Assembly (NCBI GenBank): GCA_036012755.1
Contig: DASCPX010000154.1
Span: 1 to 26,220 of the forward strand
From: Myxococcota bacterium
GTDB lineage: Bacteria > Myxococcota_A > UBA796 > CAJQPC01
DNA length: 26,220 bases
Direction: 5' to 3'
The position numbers were made by a program, and so were the translations under genes. Position 1 is the first letter of the stretch; every line of letters starts with the position of its first letter. The notes under the pieces are model-generated. The model was given only the letters and a program-made list of their open reading frames with translations. It did not search any database and was not told the origin of the DNA. Shown here one piece after another: positions 1 to 9,741 of this stretch.

Positions 1-363
1 GAGCTTCCGGAGGTCGACGCCGGCGCGATGGCCGAGCTGAAGACCCTCGGCCAGATCGTCGAGCACATGGCCGCGGCGCTGCCCGGAGCCACCGCGGCAC
101 CGGCGCCCGGAGCCACCGCTGCACCGGCGGCCGTCCCGACCCTCGACCTGCACGCGCTCCTGCTCAGCGTCGTGGCGGACAAGACCGGCTACCCGGCGGA
201 GATGCTCAGCTCCGAGATGTCGCTCGAGGGTGACCTCGGCATCGACAGCATCAAGCGGGTGGAGATCCTCAGCGCGATGCGCGACGAGGCCCCGGAGCTT
301 CCGGAGGTCGACGCCGGCGCGATGGCCGAGCTGAAGACCCTCGGCCAGATCGTGGAGCACATG
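1..363 (+). repeat. Tandem ACP-domain DNA repeat, 294-bp period
   Basis: Bases 1-69 recur almost identically at 295-363 (gagcttccggaggtcgacgccggcgcgatggccgagctgaagaccctcggccagatcgt[c/g]gagcacatgg), as expected for tandem ACPs of PUFA synthases. Confidence 0.9.
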
Positions 364-2652
364 GGTGCAGCCCTCGGCGGCACCCCGGTCGCAGCCGCTC
401 CGGCGCCCGTGGCCACGTCCTCGGCGCCCCCGGCAGAGCTGGGTCGCTACGTCGTGCGCGCAGTCGAGGCAGAGGCCCATGGCCTCAGCCTCCGCGGCCT
501 CGCCGGCGCCGGACCGCTCTACATCGTCGGCGGCGATGACTTCGCCCCGGCGCTCGCGGAGGAGTTCCGTGGGCGCGGCATCGCCTCCGAGGTGGTCGGA
601 GTCCTTCCCGAAGGGGCCTCCAAGGCCATCCTGCTCGGGGGCCTCGATCCCATCGAGGACATCGACGCCGCCTTGGAGATCGAGCGTGCCGCCTTCAGGG
701 CCGCCCGCACCCTGGCCCCCAACGCGCGGCTGCTCGTGACCGTGCAGGACACCGGAGGCGACTTCGGCATCGCTGGCTCGGACCGCGCCTTCGTCGGTGG
801 GCTCGCTGCCTTGGCCAAGACCGCTGCCCAGGAGTGGCCGGAGGCTGGTGTGAAGGCCATCGACCTGCAGATCGGCGATAGGGACTGGCCCAGCCTGGCC
901 ACCGCGCTCGCCGCCGAGCTCCTCGAAGGTGGCGCCGAGCCAGAGGTCGGACTCGCCGCCGACGGCACCCGCATGACCCTCTCCGCGGTCCTCGCACCCG
1001 TCGAGGGCGGCGAGGTCACGGTCTCGGAGGGCAGCGTCGTGCTCGCCAGCGGCGGCGCCCGCGGTGTCACAGCCGCCACGCTCATCGCTCTCTCCGAGAA
1101 GACGAAGGCCCGCTTCGTGTTGCTCGGTCGTACGAAGCTGGTCGAAGAGGACAGCGCGCTGGCAGGTCTCGACGAGATCGGCCTCAAGCGCGCTCTGCTC
1201 ACACAGGCCAAGGGCTCCCTGAGCCCAGCCGAGGTCGGCCGCCAGGTGAGGGGAATCCTCGCCCAGCGGGAGATCCGCGAGACGCTCGCCACCCTAGAGC
1301 AGCAGGGCAGCCCCGCCCGCTACCTCTCGGTGGACGTCACGGACCACGAGGCACTCGAGGCTGCCCTCGGGCCGGTTCGCGATGCCTTCGGCCCCATCAG
1401 CGTCGTCGTTCACGGCGCCGGCGTCCTGAGGGACAAGTTCATCTCCGACAAGACGGACGAGGACTTCGATCTCGTCTTCGGTACGAAGGTGGGCGGGCTC
1501 CGCGCCCTGCTGGACGCGACGAGGCACGACCCGCTCGACGCCCTGGTGCTCTTCAGCTCGGTCGCGGCACGAGGCGGCAACGCCGGTCAGTGCGACTACG
1601 CGATGGCCAACGAGGTGCTGAACAAGGTCGCCGCCCTGGAAGCCAGGAAGCGCCCGGGCCTGCTCGTGAAGAGCCTGGGCTGGGGTCCCTGGGAAGGCGG
1701 CATGGTGACGCCAGCGCTCAAGGCCCGCTTCGAGGCCCTCGGAGTGCCGCTCATCCCCCTCGAGGTGGGCGCGGCGATGCTCGTCGACGAGCTGCTCGGC
1801 AGCAGCCGCGAGAGCATCGAGCTGGTCCTCGGCGGTGAGCCGAAGCGGGAGGCGCTGTTGTCTGCCGGCGACACCGAGGTGCGCTTCGACTACGTCGTCA
1901 CCAAGGAGAGCCACCCCTGGCTCGCCGACCACAGCATCCAGGGCAAGCCCGTCGTGCCGGTCGTGCTGGCCACCGAGTGGTTCGCTCGCGCCGCACGCGC
2001 CACGCGCCCGGACCTGGAGCTCGTCGCCGTCCGCGACATCAAGGTGCTTCGCGGCATCCGGCTGTCGAACTTCGAGGATGGCCAGGCCTTCACGGTCACG
2101 AGCCGCCAGCTGAGCAACGGCAACGGTGCCCTGGTCGGCCTCGAGCTGCGCTCCGGAGACACGCTGCACTACACGGCCAGCGCGGAGCTGGCCATCTCGC
2201 CGCGCGCGGCGACCGGTGGACCTTCGACCCCGAAGGGCCTCGAGGCTTGGACCGACGCCGTCTACGACGGTCATGTGCTCTTCCACGGGCCCGAGTTCCA
2301 GGTCATCAAGAAGCTCGAGGGCGTCTCGGACGATGGCGCCGCGGCAGAGCTCGCTGGCGTGCACGAGCAGGGCTGGTCGGCCCAGTGGACGACCGACGTC
2401 GCTGCCATGGACGGCGGGCTTCAGCTCGCGGTGCTGTGGGCGAAGAAGGTGCTCGGCGGCGCCTCGCTGCCGACGAAGCTCGGCGAGCTGCGCATCTACC
2501 CCGGCGGGCCCAGCAAGGGGCTCATGAAGGCTGTCCTGACTCCACGCAAGGTGAGCGGGTCGATCACGATCAGTGACATCCACTTCGTCGAGTCCGACGG
2601 CTCCACGGTCGCCGAGCTCAAGGGCGTCGAGACCTGCCTGCGCCCGAGCTGA
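1..2652 (+). CDS. pfa2: PUFA synthase subunit Pfa2/PfaA-like, 5'-truncated (ACP repeats - KR - PKS-type DH)
   Basis: Frame is open from base 1 (ELPEVDAGAMAELKTLGQIVEH, the tail of an ACP). Complete ACP with DLGIDSIKRVEIL (Ppant Ser) at ~232-270. KR NADPH motif GGARGVT at ~1051 and catalytic NAGQCDYAMAN at ~1579. PKS-type DH motifs WLADHSIQGKPVVP (~1918) and LFHGPEFQ (~2278). Followed 12 bp later by a KS-CLF-DH gene. Confidence 0.93.
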   Translation, partial: ELPEVDAGAMAELKTLGQIVEHMAAALPGATAAPAPGATAAPAAVPTLDLHALLLSVVADKTGYPAEMLSSEMSLEGDLGIDSIKRVEILSAMRDEAPELPEVDAGAMAELKTLGQIVEHMGAALGGTPVAAAPAPVATSSAPPAELGRYVVRAVEAEAHGLSLRGLAGAGPLYIVGGDDFAPALAEEFRGRGIASEVVGVLPEGASKAILLGGLDPIEDIDAALEIERAAFRAARTLAPNARLLVTVQDTGGDFGIAGSDRAFVGGLAALAKTAAQEWPEAGVKAIDLQIGDRDWPSLATALAAELLEGGAEPEVGLAADGTRMTLSAVLAPVEGGEVTVSEGSVVLASGGARGVTAATLIALSEKTKARFVLLGRTKLVEEDSALAGLDEIGLKRALLTQAKGSLSPAEVGRQVRGILAQREIRETLATLEQQGSPARYLSVDVTDHEALEAALGPVRDAFGPISVVVHGAGVLRDKFISDKTDEDFDLVFGTKVGGLRALLDATRHDPLDALVLFSSVAARGGNAGQCDYAMANEVLNKVAALEARKRPGLLVKSLGWGPWEGGMVTPALKARFEALGVPLIPLEVGAAMLVDELLGSSRESIELVLGGEPKREALLSAGDTEVRFDYVVTKESHPWLADHSIQGKPVVPVVLATEWFARAARATRPDLELVAVRDIKVLRGIRLSNFEDGQAFTVTSRQLSNGNGALVGLELRSGDTLHYTASAELAISPRAATGGPSTPKGLEAWTDAVYDGHVLFHGPEFQVIKKLEGVSDDGAAAELAGVHEQGWSAQWTTDVAAMDGGLQLAVLWAKKVLGGASLPTKLGELRIYPGGPSKGLMKAVLTPRKVSGSITISDIHFVESDGSTVAELKGVETCLRPS
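82..129 (+). repeat. 24-bp tandem repeat in the inter-ACP linker (PGATAAPA x2)
   Basis: cccggagccaccgcggcaccggcg followed by cccggagccaccgctgcaccggcg. Confidence 0.85.
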
Positions 2653-2664
2653 TCGAGAAGCCTG

Positions 2665-5600
2665 ATGTCCTCACCCATCGCCATCGTCGGGCAGGGCTGT
2701 GTCCTGCCCGGAGCGCTGACTCCGGAGGAGCTCTGGCAGGGCGTCGTCGAGGGTCGCGACCTGACCTCGTCGGTGTCACCGGGGCGTTGGGGCCTCGCTC
2801 GCTCCCGAGCGCTCGGCACCACCACCGACCACGCAGACCGATCCTGGTCCGATCGAGGGGGCTACGTCTCGGGCTTCGCCGAGGTCTTCGAGCCCGGAGC
2901 CTATGACCTGCCGATCGAGCAGGTTCAGGCCCTGGACCCGCTCGTCCAGTGGCTGCTGCACTCGGGGCGACAGGCCCTCGAGGGTCTGCAGGTCCCAGCC
3001 CGCTGCGCGGTGGTGCTCGGGAACCTGAGCTTCCCTTCGGAGGCGATGGCACGCTTCGCGGAGCGCCACTGGCTCGGTCCGATCGCGGAGGTCGTGGGGC
3101 TGGAGGAGGTCGACCCGGTCAACCGCTTCATGTCGGGGCTGTCGGCTACGTTGGTGGCCAGGGCTCTCGGCCTGGAAGGGCCGGCCTTCGCTATGGACGC
3201 CGCCTGCGCCTCGAGCCTCTACGCCATCAAGCTCGCCTGCGACGCGCTGCGGGACGGCGACGTCGATCTCGCCCTGTCGGGAGCCGTGAGCCGGAGCGAC
3301 GACCTCTTCATCCACGTCGGCTTCTGCGCCCTGCAGGCCATGTCGAAGACCGGCCAGTCCCGGCCCTTCCATGCTGGCGCCGACGGCCTCGTCCCTGCCG
3401 AGGGTGCTGGTGTCGTCGCGCTGATGCGGCTCGAGGATGCGGAGCAGCAGGGTCTGCGCGTCCTCGGTGTCATCCGCGGCATCGGGCTGTCGAACGACGG
3501 CCGGACCGGCGGCTTCCTGGCCCCATCGAAGGAGGGACAGGTGAGGGCCATCCGGGCCGCCTACGGCCAGGGGCTCGATCCCTCCGAGGTCGGCCTGGTG
3601 GAGTGCCACGCGACCGGCACGCCCGTCGGCGACGGCACCGAGCTGGCCTCGATGCGCGAGGTCTTCCCTCCGGGCCAGGCGATCGGCTCGCTGAAGTCCA
3701 ACCTCGGACACCTCATCACCGCGGCAGGGGTCGCGGGCTTGATCAAGGTGCTCAAGGCCTTCGAGCACGGGGTCAAGCCCCCGAACCGCAGGGTCGATGA
3801 CAGGCACGAGGCCCTTGATGGCTTCGAGCTGATCGAGGCGCCCGTGCCTTGGACGGGCCCGCGTACCGCGGCGATCTCGGCTTTCGGCTTCGGTGGCAAC
3901 AACGCCCACGTCGTCGTCTCCGCCAGCGCAGCGCCGACGAGCCCAGAGCCTCGAGCCGCTGGTCCCATCGCCGTCGTGGGCCTTGGCGCGAGCGTTGGCT
4001 CCGGGACGTCCGTCCGGGACTTCGCGGCGGCCCTGTCCGGGGGAGCGCATCAGCGCGTCGCGACAGAGGTCGTCCTCCCGCTGCGGGAGCTGAAGTTCCC
4101 GCCGAAGGACCTGGAGCAGACCCTGCCCCAGCAGCTGTTGGTCCTACGCGCGGTGCGCGAGGCGTTGCATGGGCTGGACCTGCCGAGAGAGACCTCTGTG
4201 CTGGTCGGAATGGGCGCTGACGCCGAGATCGGCCGCTACGGTGCGCGCTGGCGGGTCGCCGAGTGGGCCAGCGAGCTGAGCCTGCCCGAGTCCTGGATCG
4301 CAGAGGCCCGAGAGGCCTTCGTGCCCGTGCTCCAGGCAGCTGGGGTGGTCGGGACCATGCCGAACATCCCGGCGAACCGCGTCAACGCGAACTACGACCT
4401 CGCAGGTCCCAGCTGGACGATCTCGGCAGAGGAGCTCTCCGGGCTGCGCTCTCTCGAGGTCGCCGTGCGCATGCTCCGCGCTGGTGAGGCCGAAGCGGCG
4501 GTGGTCGCTGCGGTGGACCTGTCCGCCGAGCCGGTCCACCTCGAGGCCCTCTCGGCGCTGGCCGGCGACCGCACGCCTGGCGACGGTGCGGTGGCGCTGG
4601 CGCTCATGCCCCTGGCGACCGCCGAGGCCCGAGGCCTCGAGGTCTTCGCAGTCCTGGATGAGGGCGAGGGCGTCGAACTCCCAGTCGACATCGAGTCGAT
4701 CGTCGGACACATCCACGCCGCAGAGGCCCTCGTTCGCGTAGTCGCGGCGGTGGTCCTCGGTCGGACGGGCGCGCTCTGTGGGCCCACGGTCGTCAGCCAC
4801 GAGGCGCTCCTGGGCCAGACGGGCTCGATCGCGCTCATCCCACGGGTCGGGCCGCTGCCCGAGCCGCCCGTAGACGAGGCCCCCCTCTTCCGGATGCCGG
4901 CACACCCCCCGCTGGTCGTCCTCCCGGAGCTCCCCGCAATGGACACGGATCACCTGCTGTCTCCGCTGTCGCCCGCCTCCGGGACGATGGCTCACGCCCC
5001 GGTCCTGCCCCCGGTCCTCGATGCCCCGGCGGCTCCGTCGATCACCGAGTCGGTGAGCGAGCCCCTGGCTCCGGTCCTCGCGCCACCACACCCGCTGCCC
5101 GTTGGCCGAGACGAGGGCGTCTTGTCCGAGGCGATGGCGCTGCGTGAGCGCATGGCACGGGTCCACGCGGCCTTCCTCCAGCAGCAGGCCGATGCTCACG
5201 CCACCTTCCTGCGCCTGCGCGAGGCCCAGTCCGAGGCGCTGCTGGCCGCCGCGACCTCCGCACCAACAGCACCCGTGGCACCCCTAGCGACCGTCGCGCC
5301 TGCCGCGATCCCGCCGACCGTGGTGCCTCCGCCGGCACCAGCCGTGGTCCCGCCAGCTCCGGCGGTGCGCGAGGAACTCACCGACTCACCGACTCGCCGG
5401 CCGGAAGCGCCGCCGAGGTCGCAGCCGAGGGGTCCGACCTGGGATCGCGAGGGCCTGCTCGTCCACTCCAGCGGCGACATCAGCGAGATCTTCGGAGCCG
5501 AGTTCCGGCAGCAGGACGGCTACCTCCGCCAGACGCGCATGCCCGAGCCGCCCCTGTTGCTCGCCGACCGGGTCGTAGGTCTCGACGCCGAGCCGGGCTC

Positions 5601-8600
5601 GATGAAGAAGGGCACGATCTGGACAGAGACGGACGTCCGCTGGGACAGCTGGTACCTGCACGAGGCGCGCATGCCCGCGGGCCTGATGATCGAGTCCGGC
5701 CAGGCCGACCTGATGCTCATCAGCTACCTCGGCGTCGACTTCCTGAATCGCTCGGACCGCATCTACCGACTGTTGGGCTGCGAGCTCACCTACCACGGGC
5801 CCCTGCCTCGGCCCGGTGAGACGCTGCTCTACGACATCCACGTCGACGGCCACGCCAACCAGGGCCCGGTGAGGCTCTTCTTCTTCCACTACGACTGTCA
5901 CGTCGACGGCCTGCGTCGCCTGTCGGTCCGCGGTGGCCAGGCGGGCTTCTTCACCGAGGAGGAGCTCCTGTCCTCCGGCGGCATCCTCTGGGAGCCCGAG
6001 ACCGGCGAGAGGGTGGAGGACCCGCGCCTCGACGGTCCCGCGATCCCCTGCGACAAGGCGACCTTCGCTCGCGCCGACCTCGAGGCCTTCGCCGACGGTC
6101 GGACCTGGGACTGCTTCGGCCCTGGCTTCGAGCGCTCCAAGACCCACACGCGCACCCCACGCATCGCCGCCGGGCGCATGCTGTTCCTCCAGGAGGTCAC
6201 CGGCTTCGATCTGCAGGGCGGACCCTGGGGTCGCGGGTACCTGCGCGCCATCGACGACATCGCTCCGGACGACTGGTTCTTCGACGGCCACTTCAAGAAC
6301 GACCCCTGCATGCCCGGCACGCTCATGTTCGAGGGCTGCCTCCAGGCCATGGCCGTCTACATGGCGGCGCTGGGCTACACCGTCGACCGCGACGGCTGGC
6401 GCTTCGAGCCCGTGCCGGAGCAGAAGTACCTCATGCGCTGCCGCGGCCAGGTCACGCCGACCAGCCGCCAGCTCATCTACGAGGTCTTCATCGAAGAGGT
6501 CATAGACGGGCCGGTGCCGACGCTCTACGCGGACCTGTTGTGCACGGTGATCACAGAAGACGGCACGCCGATGAAGGCCTTCCACTGCCGCCGCATGGGC
6601 ATCCAGCTCAGCCCCGGATGGCCCATGGACAGCCGCCCGGAGGTGATCGACGAGGCCTCTGACACCGCCGCGATCTGCCACTACCAGGGCGCGGAGCATC
6701 GCCTGGACCACGACGCGCTCGTGGCCTGCGCATGGGGCCGTCCTTCTCGCGCCTTCGGGCCGATGTACGAGAAGTTCGACGGCGTGCGCAAGGTGCCCCG
6801 GCTGCCCGGGCCGCCCTACCACTTCTGCACCCGCGTGCTCGACGTGCAGGGTCCGATGGGGCAGCCAAAGGCCGGCGCCAGGGTCGTCATGGCCTACGAG
6901 GTCCCCCCGGACGCCTGGTACTTCCACGAAAACGGCGCGGCGACGATGCCCTACGCCGTCCTGCTCGAGGCGGCGCTGCAGCCCTGCGGGTGGCTCGCCA
7001 GCTATGTCGGCTGCACCCTCGATGCGCCCCATGACCTCTTCTTCCGGAACCTGGACGGGACCGGCACCCAGCACCTGGAGGTCCTCCCGAACGCCGGCAC
7101 GCTGGTCACGACGGCGAAGCTCGGGAGCGTCAGCCTCGCTGGAGGGATGACCATCGTCGGCTTCGAGGTCGAGGTCCGCTCGGGCGAAGACCTCGTCTTC
7201 GACATGAAGACGGTCTTTGGCTTCTTCCCCGCAGAGGCCCTCGCCGCCCAGGCCGGCCTCCCGCCGGACAACCCCGAGTGGCTCGAGGCCACCGGCGAGC
7301 CGGTCGACTTCGGCGGTGTCTGCCGCGACTACCTCCGCAACATCGGCCAGATCCAGAAGATCGCCGAGAACACCTTCGTCGCAGCGACCCCGGTCGACCC
7401 GGAGAACTGGTACTTCCGCGCCCACTTCTGCCAGGACCCGGTCCAGCCGGGCTCGCTTGGCATCGAGGCGATGCTGCAGCTGCTCCAGGCGGCGATGCTC
7501 CACGAGGGCCTCGCCGAGGGGCTCGAGGACGCCCGGTTCGAGCCGGTCGCGCTGTCGGAGCCGCTGACCTGGAAGTACCGGGGCCAGGTCCTCCCCCACA
7601 ACGAGCTCGTCCACTGCACGCTGCACATCGACGAGGTCGTCCGTGGCGACGCCGGCGTGCTCGCTCGCGCCACGGCCTCGTTGTGGGTCGACGGCATGCG
7701 CATCTACGAGGCTCGGAATGTCGGCATGCGTGTGGTCGGAGTGTCCCTGCCGAGACCGGCGGCGATCGAGCTCCTCCAGCCCGAGGGCTGGGTCGCCGAC
7801 CACTGCCCGACCCACACCCTGCCGTCGCTGCCGATGGCCTACCTGCTGGACCGCATCGCGGCGGCGGCCACCGACCACGCTGAGGGCCAGCGCGTCATCG
7901 GCTTACGAGACGTGAAGGTGAAGCGCTGGGTCGTGGTCACCGGGGAGACCGCGCTCGAGGCCCGGGTCGCTCGCGTCTCCCGGGGCCTGCGCGTCCTCCT
8001 GCTCGATGCGGGCGAGGTCGTCGCAGAGGGTCGTGCCTTGTTGGCCTGGGACTTCCAGCAGGGCGGCGAGGCGAACCCGCCCCTGGCCGGCGACCTGCAG
8101 GCCGATCCCTACGAGGACGGCCGCCTCTTCCACGGGCCGAGCTTCCAGCTCCTGAAGCGCCTGGTCACCTCGCCCGGGGGGGCCAGCAGCCTGCTCGACG
8201 CCGCAGTCGAGGGAGTGCCCCGTGGGGTCCTCCACCCCGCCCTGCTCGATGCCGCCACCCACGGCATCCCGCACGATGGCCTCGAGGCCTGGGACCCGAG
8301 CATCCCCGAGGGCATGGTCGCCTATCCGGCCTTCGTGCCCTCGTTGGACCTCCACGGGCCCGTTCCCAGCGGCGAGATCCGCTGCGAGGTGCGCTTCGCT
8401 GGCTTCCACGCCGGTGTGCGAGAGCTCCCCAGCTTCGAGATCCAGCTCGTTGTCGACGACCAGGTGTGGTGCCGCTATCGACTGGTCGAGGCGCTGTTCC
8501 CCAAGGGCCCCATCGGCCGGGCCGAGCCAAGAGCCCGTCGGGACTTCCTGCGGGGTCGCTACGCGGAGGGGGTCTCCCTGAGCCGCGTAGAGGGCGACAC

Positions 8601-9741
8601 CACGGTCCTCGATGCCGACGACGTGGCAGGCAGTGACTGGCTCCCTGGGACCGTCGAGGCCGTCTTCGGGAGCCGCGAGCCAGGGGAGATCGCCGCTCGC
8701 GAACACCTCGGTCGGGTGCTGGGAGTCCACCCCCGTGTTGCCCGCTCGGCGGCGCCGCTGTCGCGCTTCGAGCTGAGCGAGGGTCTACAGGTCGAAACCC
8801 TGTCGGAGAGCCTCGACACCAGGTGCGTCCGGGACTTCTGGACCGAGTGGTTCGAGCGTCGGCGCTGGCCGGTCGAGGACCTCTACTACGGGCTCATCGA
8901 GCGCTTCGTGCGCCGGGTCGTGACCCCGGATCCGGAGGCGCTGTCCGCCGTCTCCGGGCGGAGCCTGCTGTACCTCGGCAATCACCAGGTCGGGCTGGAG
9001 TCGCTGCTGTTCAGCGTCGTGGCCGGCGGGCTCAACGGCGTCCCGACCGTCACCCTCGCCAAGTCCGAGCACCGGGACAGCTGGCTGGGCACGCTCATCA
9101 GGCTCTGCTTCAGCTACCCGGGCATTCGCGACCCCGGACTCATCGAGTATTTCGACCGCCAGGACAAGGCCTCGTTGGTGACCATCATCGGGCAGCTCGC
9201 CCAGGAGATGATGGGTCCTGGGAAGAGCGTCATGGTCCACGTCGAGGGCACCCGCAGCCTCGAGTGCCGCACCCCCGTGGAGAAGATGAGCGGGGCGTTC
9301 CTGGACATGGCCATGAAGGTGAACGCCCCGGTCGTCCCGGTCCGCTTCGTCGGCGGGCTGCCCGGCACGCCGCTGGAGTCCCGCGTCGAGTTCCCTGTGG
9401 ACTTCGGCAAGCAGGACATCTGGATCGGCACGCCGATCCTGCCCGAGACCCTGGCCTCGATGCCCTACGGCGAGCGCAAGAAGCTCGTGATCGAGGCGAT
9501 CAACGACCTCGGACCGGACAACTCCGTCGAGGAGCCCCTTCCGGGTGACCCGGACTTCGGCGGGCGAGTCGCCGCCTGGTCGGAGGGTGCCGGAGTGAAC
9601 CCGGACAACGCCGCGCTGCGCGAGGTCCTCGCCGAGTGCCGGGAGCCCTGCGACCAGACCCGTGCGCTCCTCGCCGGAGTCCCTGACGGCGACTGGCTCC
9701 GTGCTCTCTCGGAGCGAATCGGTACCGGCGTGGTCGGCTAG
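2665..9741 (+). CDS. pfa3: PUFA synthase subunit Pfa3/PfaC-like: KS-CLF-linker-DH'/DH/DH'/DH-PKS-type DH-glycerolipid acyltransferase (AGPAT/PlsC-like)
   Basis: KS triad DAACASS, ECHATGT, GHLITAAG. CLF lacking the Cys (SAEELSG). FabA-type DH motifs WFFDGHFKNDPCMPG (~6274) and WYFRAHFCQDPVQPG (~7408) with pseudo-DH partners. PKS-DH-like WVADHCPTHTLPSLP, LFHGPSFQ and HPALLDAATH (7789-8262). PlsC-like YLGNHQVGLES, HVEGTRS and APVVPV (8971-9342). Confidence 0.92.
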   Translation: MSSPIAIVGQGCVLPGALTPEELWQGVVEGRDLTSSVSPGRWGLARSRALGTTTDHADRSWSDRGGYVSGFAEVFEPGAYDLPIEQVQALDPLVQWLLHSGRQALEGLQVPARCAVVLGNLSFPSEAMARFAERHWLGPIAEVVGLEEVDPVNRFMSGLSATLVARALGLEGPAFAMDAACASSLYAIKLACDALRDGDVDLALSGAVSRSDDLFIHVGFCALQAMSKTGQSRPFHAGADGLVPAEGAGVVALMRLEDAEQQGLRVLGVIRGIGLSNDGRTGGFLAPSKEGQVRAIRAAYGQGLDPSEVGLVECHATGTPVGDGTELASMREVFPPGQAIGSLKSNLGHLITAAGVAGLIKVLKAFEHGVKPPNRRVDDRHEALDGFELIEAPVPWTGPRTAAISAFGFGGNNAHVVVSASAAPTSPEPRAAGPIAVVGLGASVGSGTSVRDFAAALSGGAHQRVATEVVLPLRELKFPPKDLEQTLPQQLLVLRAVREALHGLDLPRETSVLVGMGADAEIGRYGARWRVAEWASELSLPESWIAEAREAFVPVLQAAGVVGTMPNIPANRVNANYDLAGPSWTISAEELSGLRSLEVAVRMLRAGEAEAAVVAAVDLSAEPVHLEALSALAGDRTPGDGAVALALMPLATAEARGLEVFAVLDEGEGVELPVDIESIVGHIHAAEALVRVVAAVVLGRTGALCGPTVVSHEALLGQTGSIALIPRVGPLPEPPVDEAPLFRMPAHPPLVVLPELPAMDTDHLLSPLSPASGTMAHAPVLPPVLDAPAAPSITESVSEPLAPVLAPPHPLPVGRDEGVLSEAMALRERMARVHAAFLQQQADAHATFLRLREAQSEALLAAATSAPTAPVAPLATVAPAAIPPTVVPPPAPAVVPPAPAVREELTDSPTRRPEAPPRSQPRGPTWDREGLLVHSSGDISEIFGAEFRQQDGYLRQTRMPEPPLLLADRVVGLDAEPGSMKKGTIWTETDVRWDSWYLHEARMPAGLMIESGQADLMLISYLGVDFLNRSDRIYRLLGCELTYHGPLPRPGETLLYDIHVDGHANQGPVRLFFFHYDCHVDGLRRLSVRGGQAGFFTEEELLSSGGILWEPETGERVEDPRLDGPAIPCDKATFARADLEAFADGRTWDCFGPGFERSKTHTRTPRIAAGRMLFLQEVTGFDLQGGPWGRGYLRAIDDIAPDDWFFDGHFKNDPCMPGTLMFEGCLQAMAVYMAALGYTVDRDGWRFEPVPEQKYLMRCRGQVTPTSRQLIYEVFIEEVIDGPVPTLYADLLCTVITEDGTPMKAFHCRRMGIQLSPGWPMDSRPEVIDEASDTAAICHYQGAEHRLDHDALVACAWGRPSRAFGPMYEKFDGVRKVPRLPGPPYHFCTRVLDVQGPMGQPKAGARVVMAYEVPPDAWYFHENGAATMPYAVLLEAALQPCGWLASYVGCTLDAPHDLFFRNLDGTGTQHLEVLPNAGTLVTTAKLGSVSLAGGMTIVGFEVEVRSGEDLVFDMKTVFGFFPAEALAAQAGLPPDNPEWLEATGEPVDFGGVCRDYLRNIGQIQKIAENTFVAATPVDPENWYFRAHFCQDPVQPGSLGIEAMLQLLQAAMLHEGLAEGLEDARFEPVALSEPLTWKYRGQVLPHNELVHCTLHIDEVVRGDAGVLARATASLWVDGMRIYEARNVGMRVVGVSLPRPAAIELLQPEGWVADHCPTHTLPSLPMAYLLDRIAAAATDHAEGQRVIGLRDVKVKRWVVVTGETALEARVARVSRGLRVLLLDAGEVVAEGRALLAWDFQQGGEANPPLAGDLQADPYEDGRLFHGPSFQLLKRLVTSPGGASSLLDAAVEGVPRGVLHPALLDAATHGIPHDGLEAWDPSIPEGMVAYPAFVPSLDLHGPVPSGEIRCEVRFAGFHAGVRELPSFEIQLVVDDQVWCRYRLVEALFPKGPIGRAEPRARRDFLRGRYAEGVSLSRVEGDTTVLDADDVAGSDWLPGTVEAVFGSREPGEIAAREHLGRVLGVHPRVARSAAPLSRFELSEGLQVETLSESLDTRCVRDFWTEWFERRRWPVEDLYYGLIERFVRRVVTPDPEALSAVSGRSLLYLGNHQVGLESLLFSVVAGGLNGVPTVTLAKSEHRDSWLGTLIRLCFSYPGIRDPGLIEYFDRQDKASLVTIIGQLAQEMMGPGKSVMVHVEGTRSLECRTPVEKMSGAFLDMAMKVNAPVVPVRFVGGLPGTPLESRVEFPVDFGKQDIWIGTPILPETLASMPYGERKKLVIEAINDLGPDNSVEEPLPGDPDFGGRVAAWSEGAGVNPDNAALREVLAECREPCDQTRALLAGVPDGDWLRALSERIGTGVVG

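Noticed and set aside
9738..9741. Genome-wide TAG reassignment
   Set aside because: TAG ends pfa3, the PilZ paralog (overlapping CTAG), the DASS gene and the Omp85 gene at sensible C-termini.
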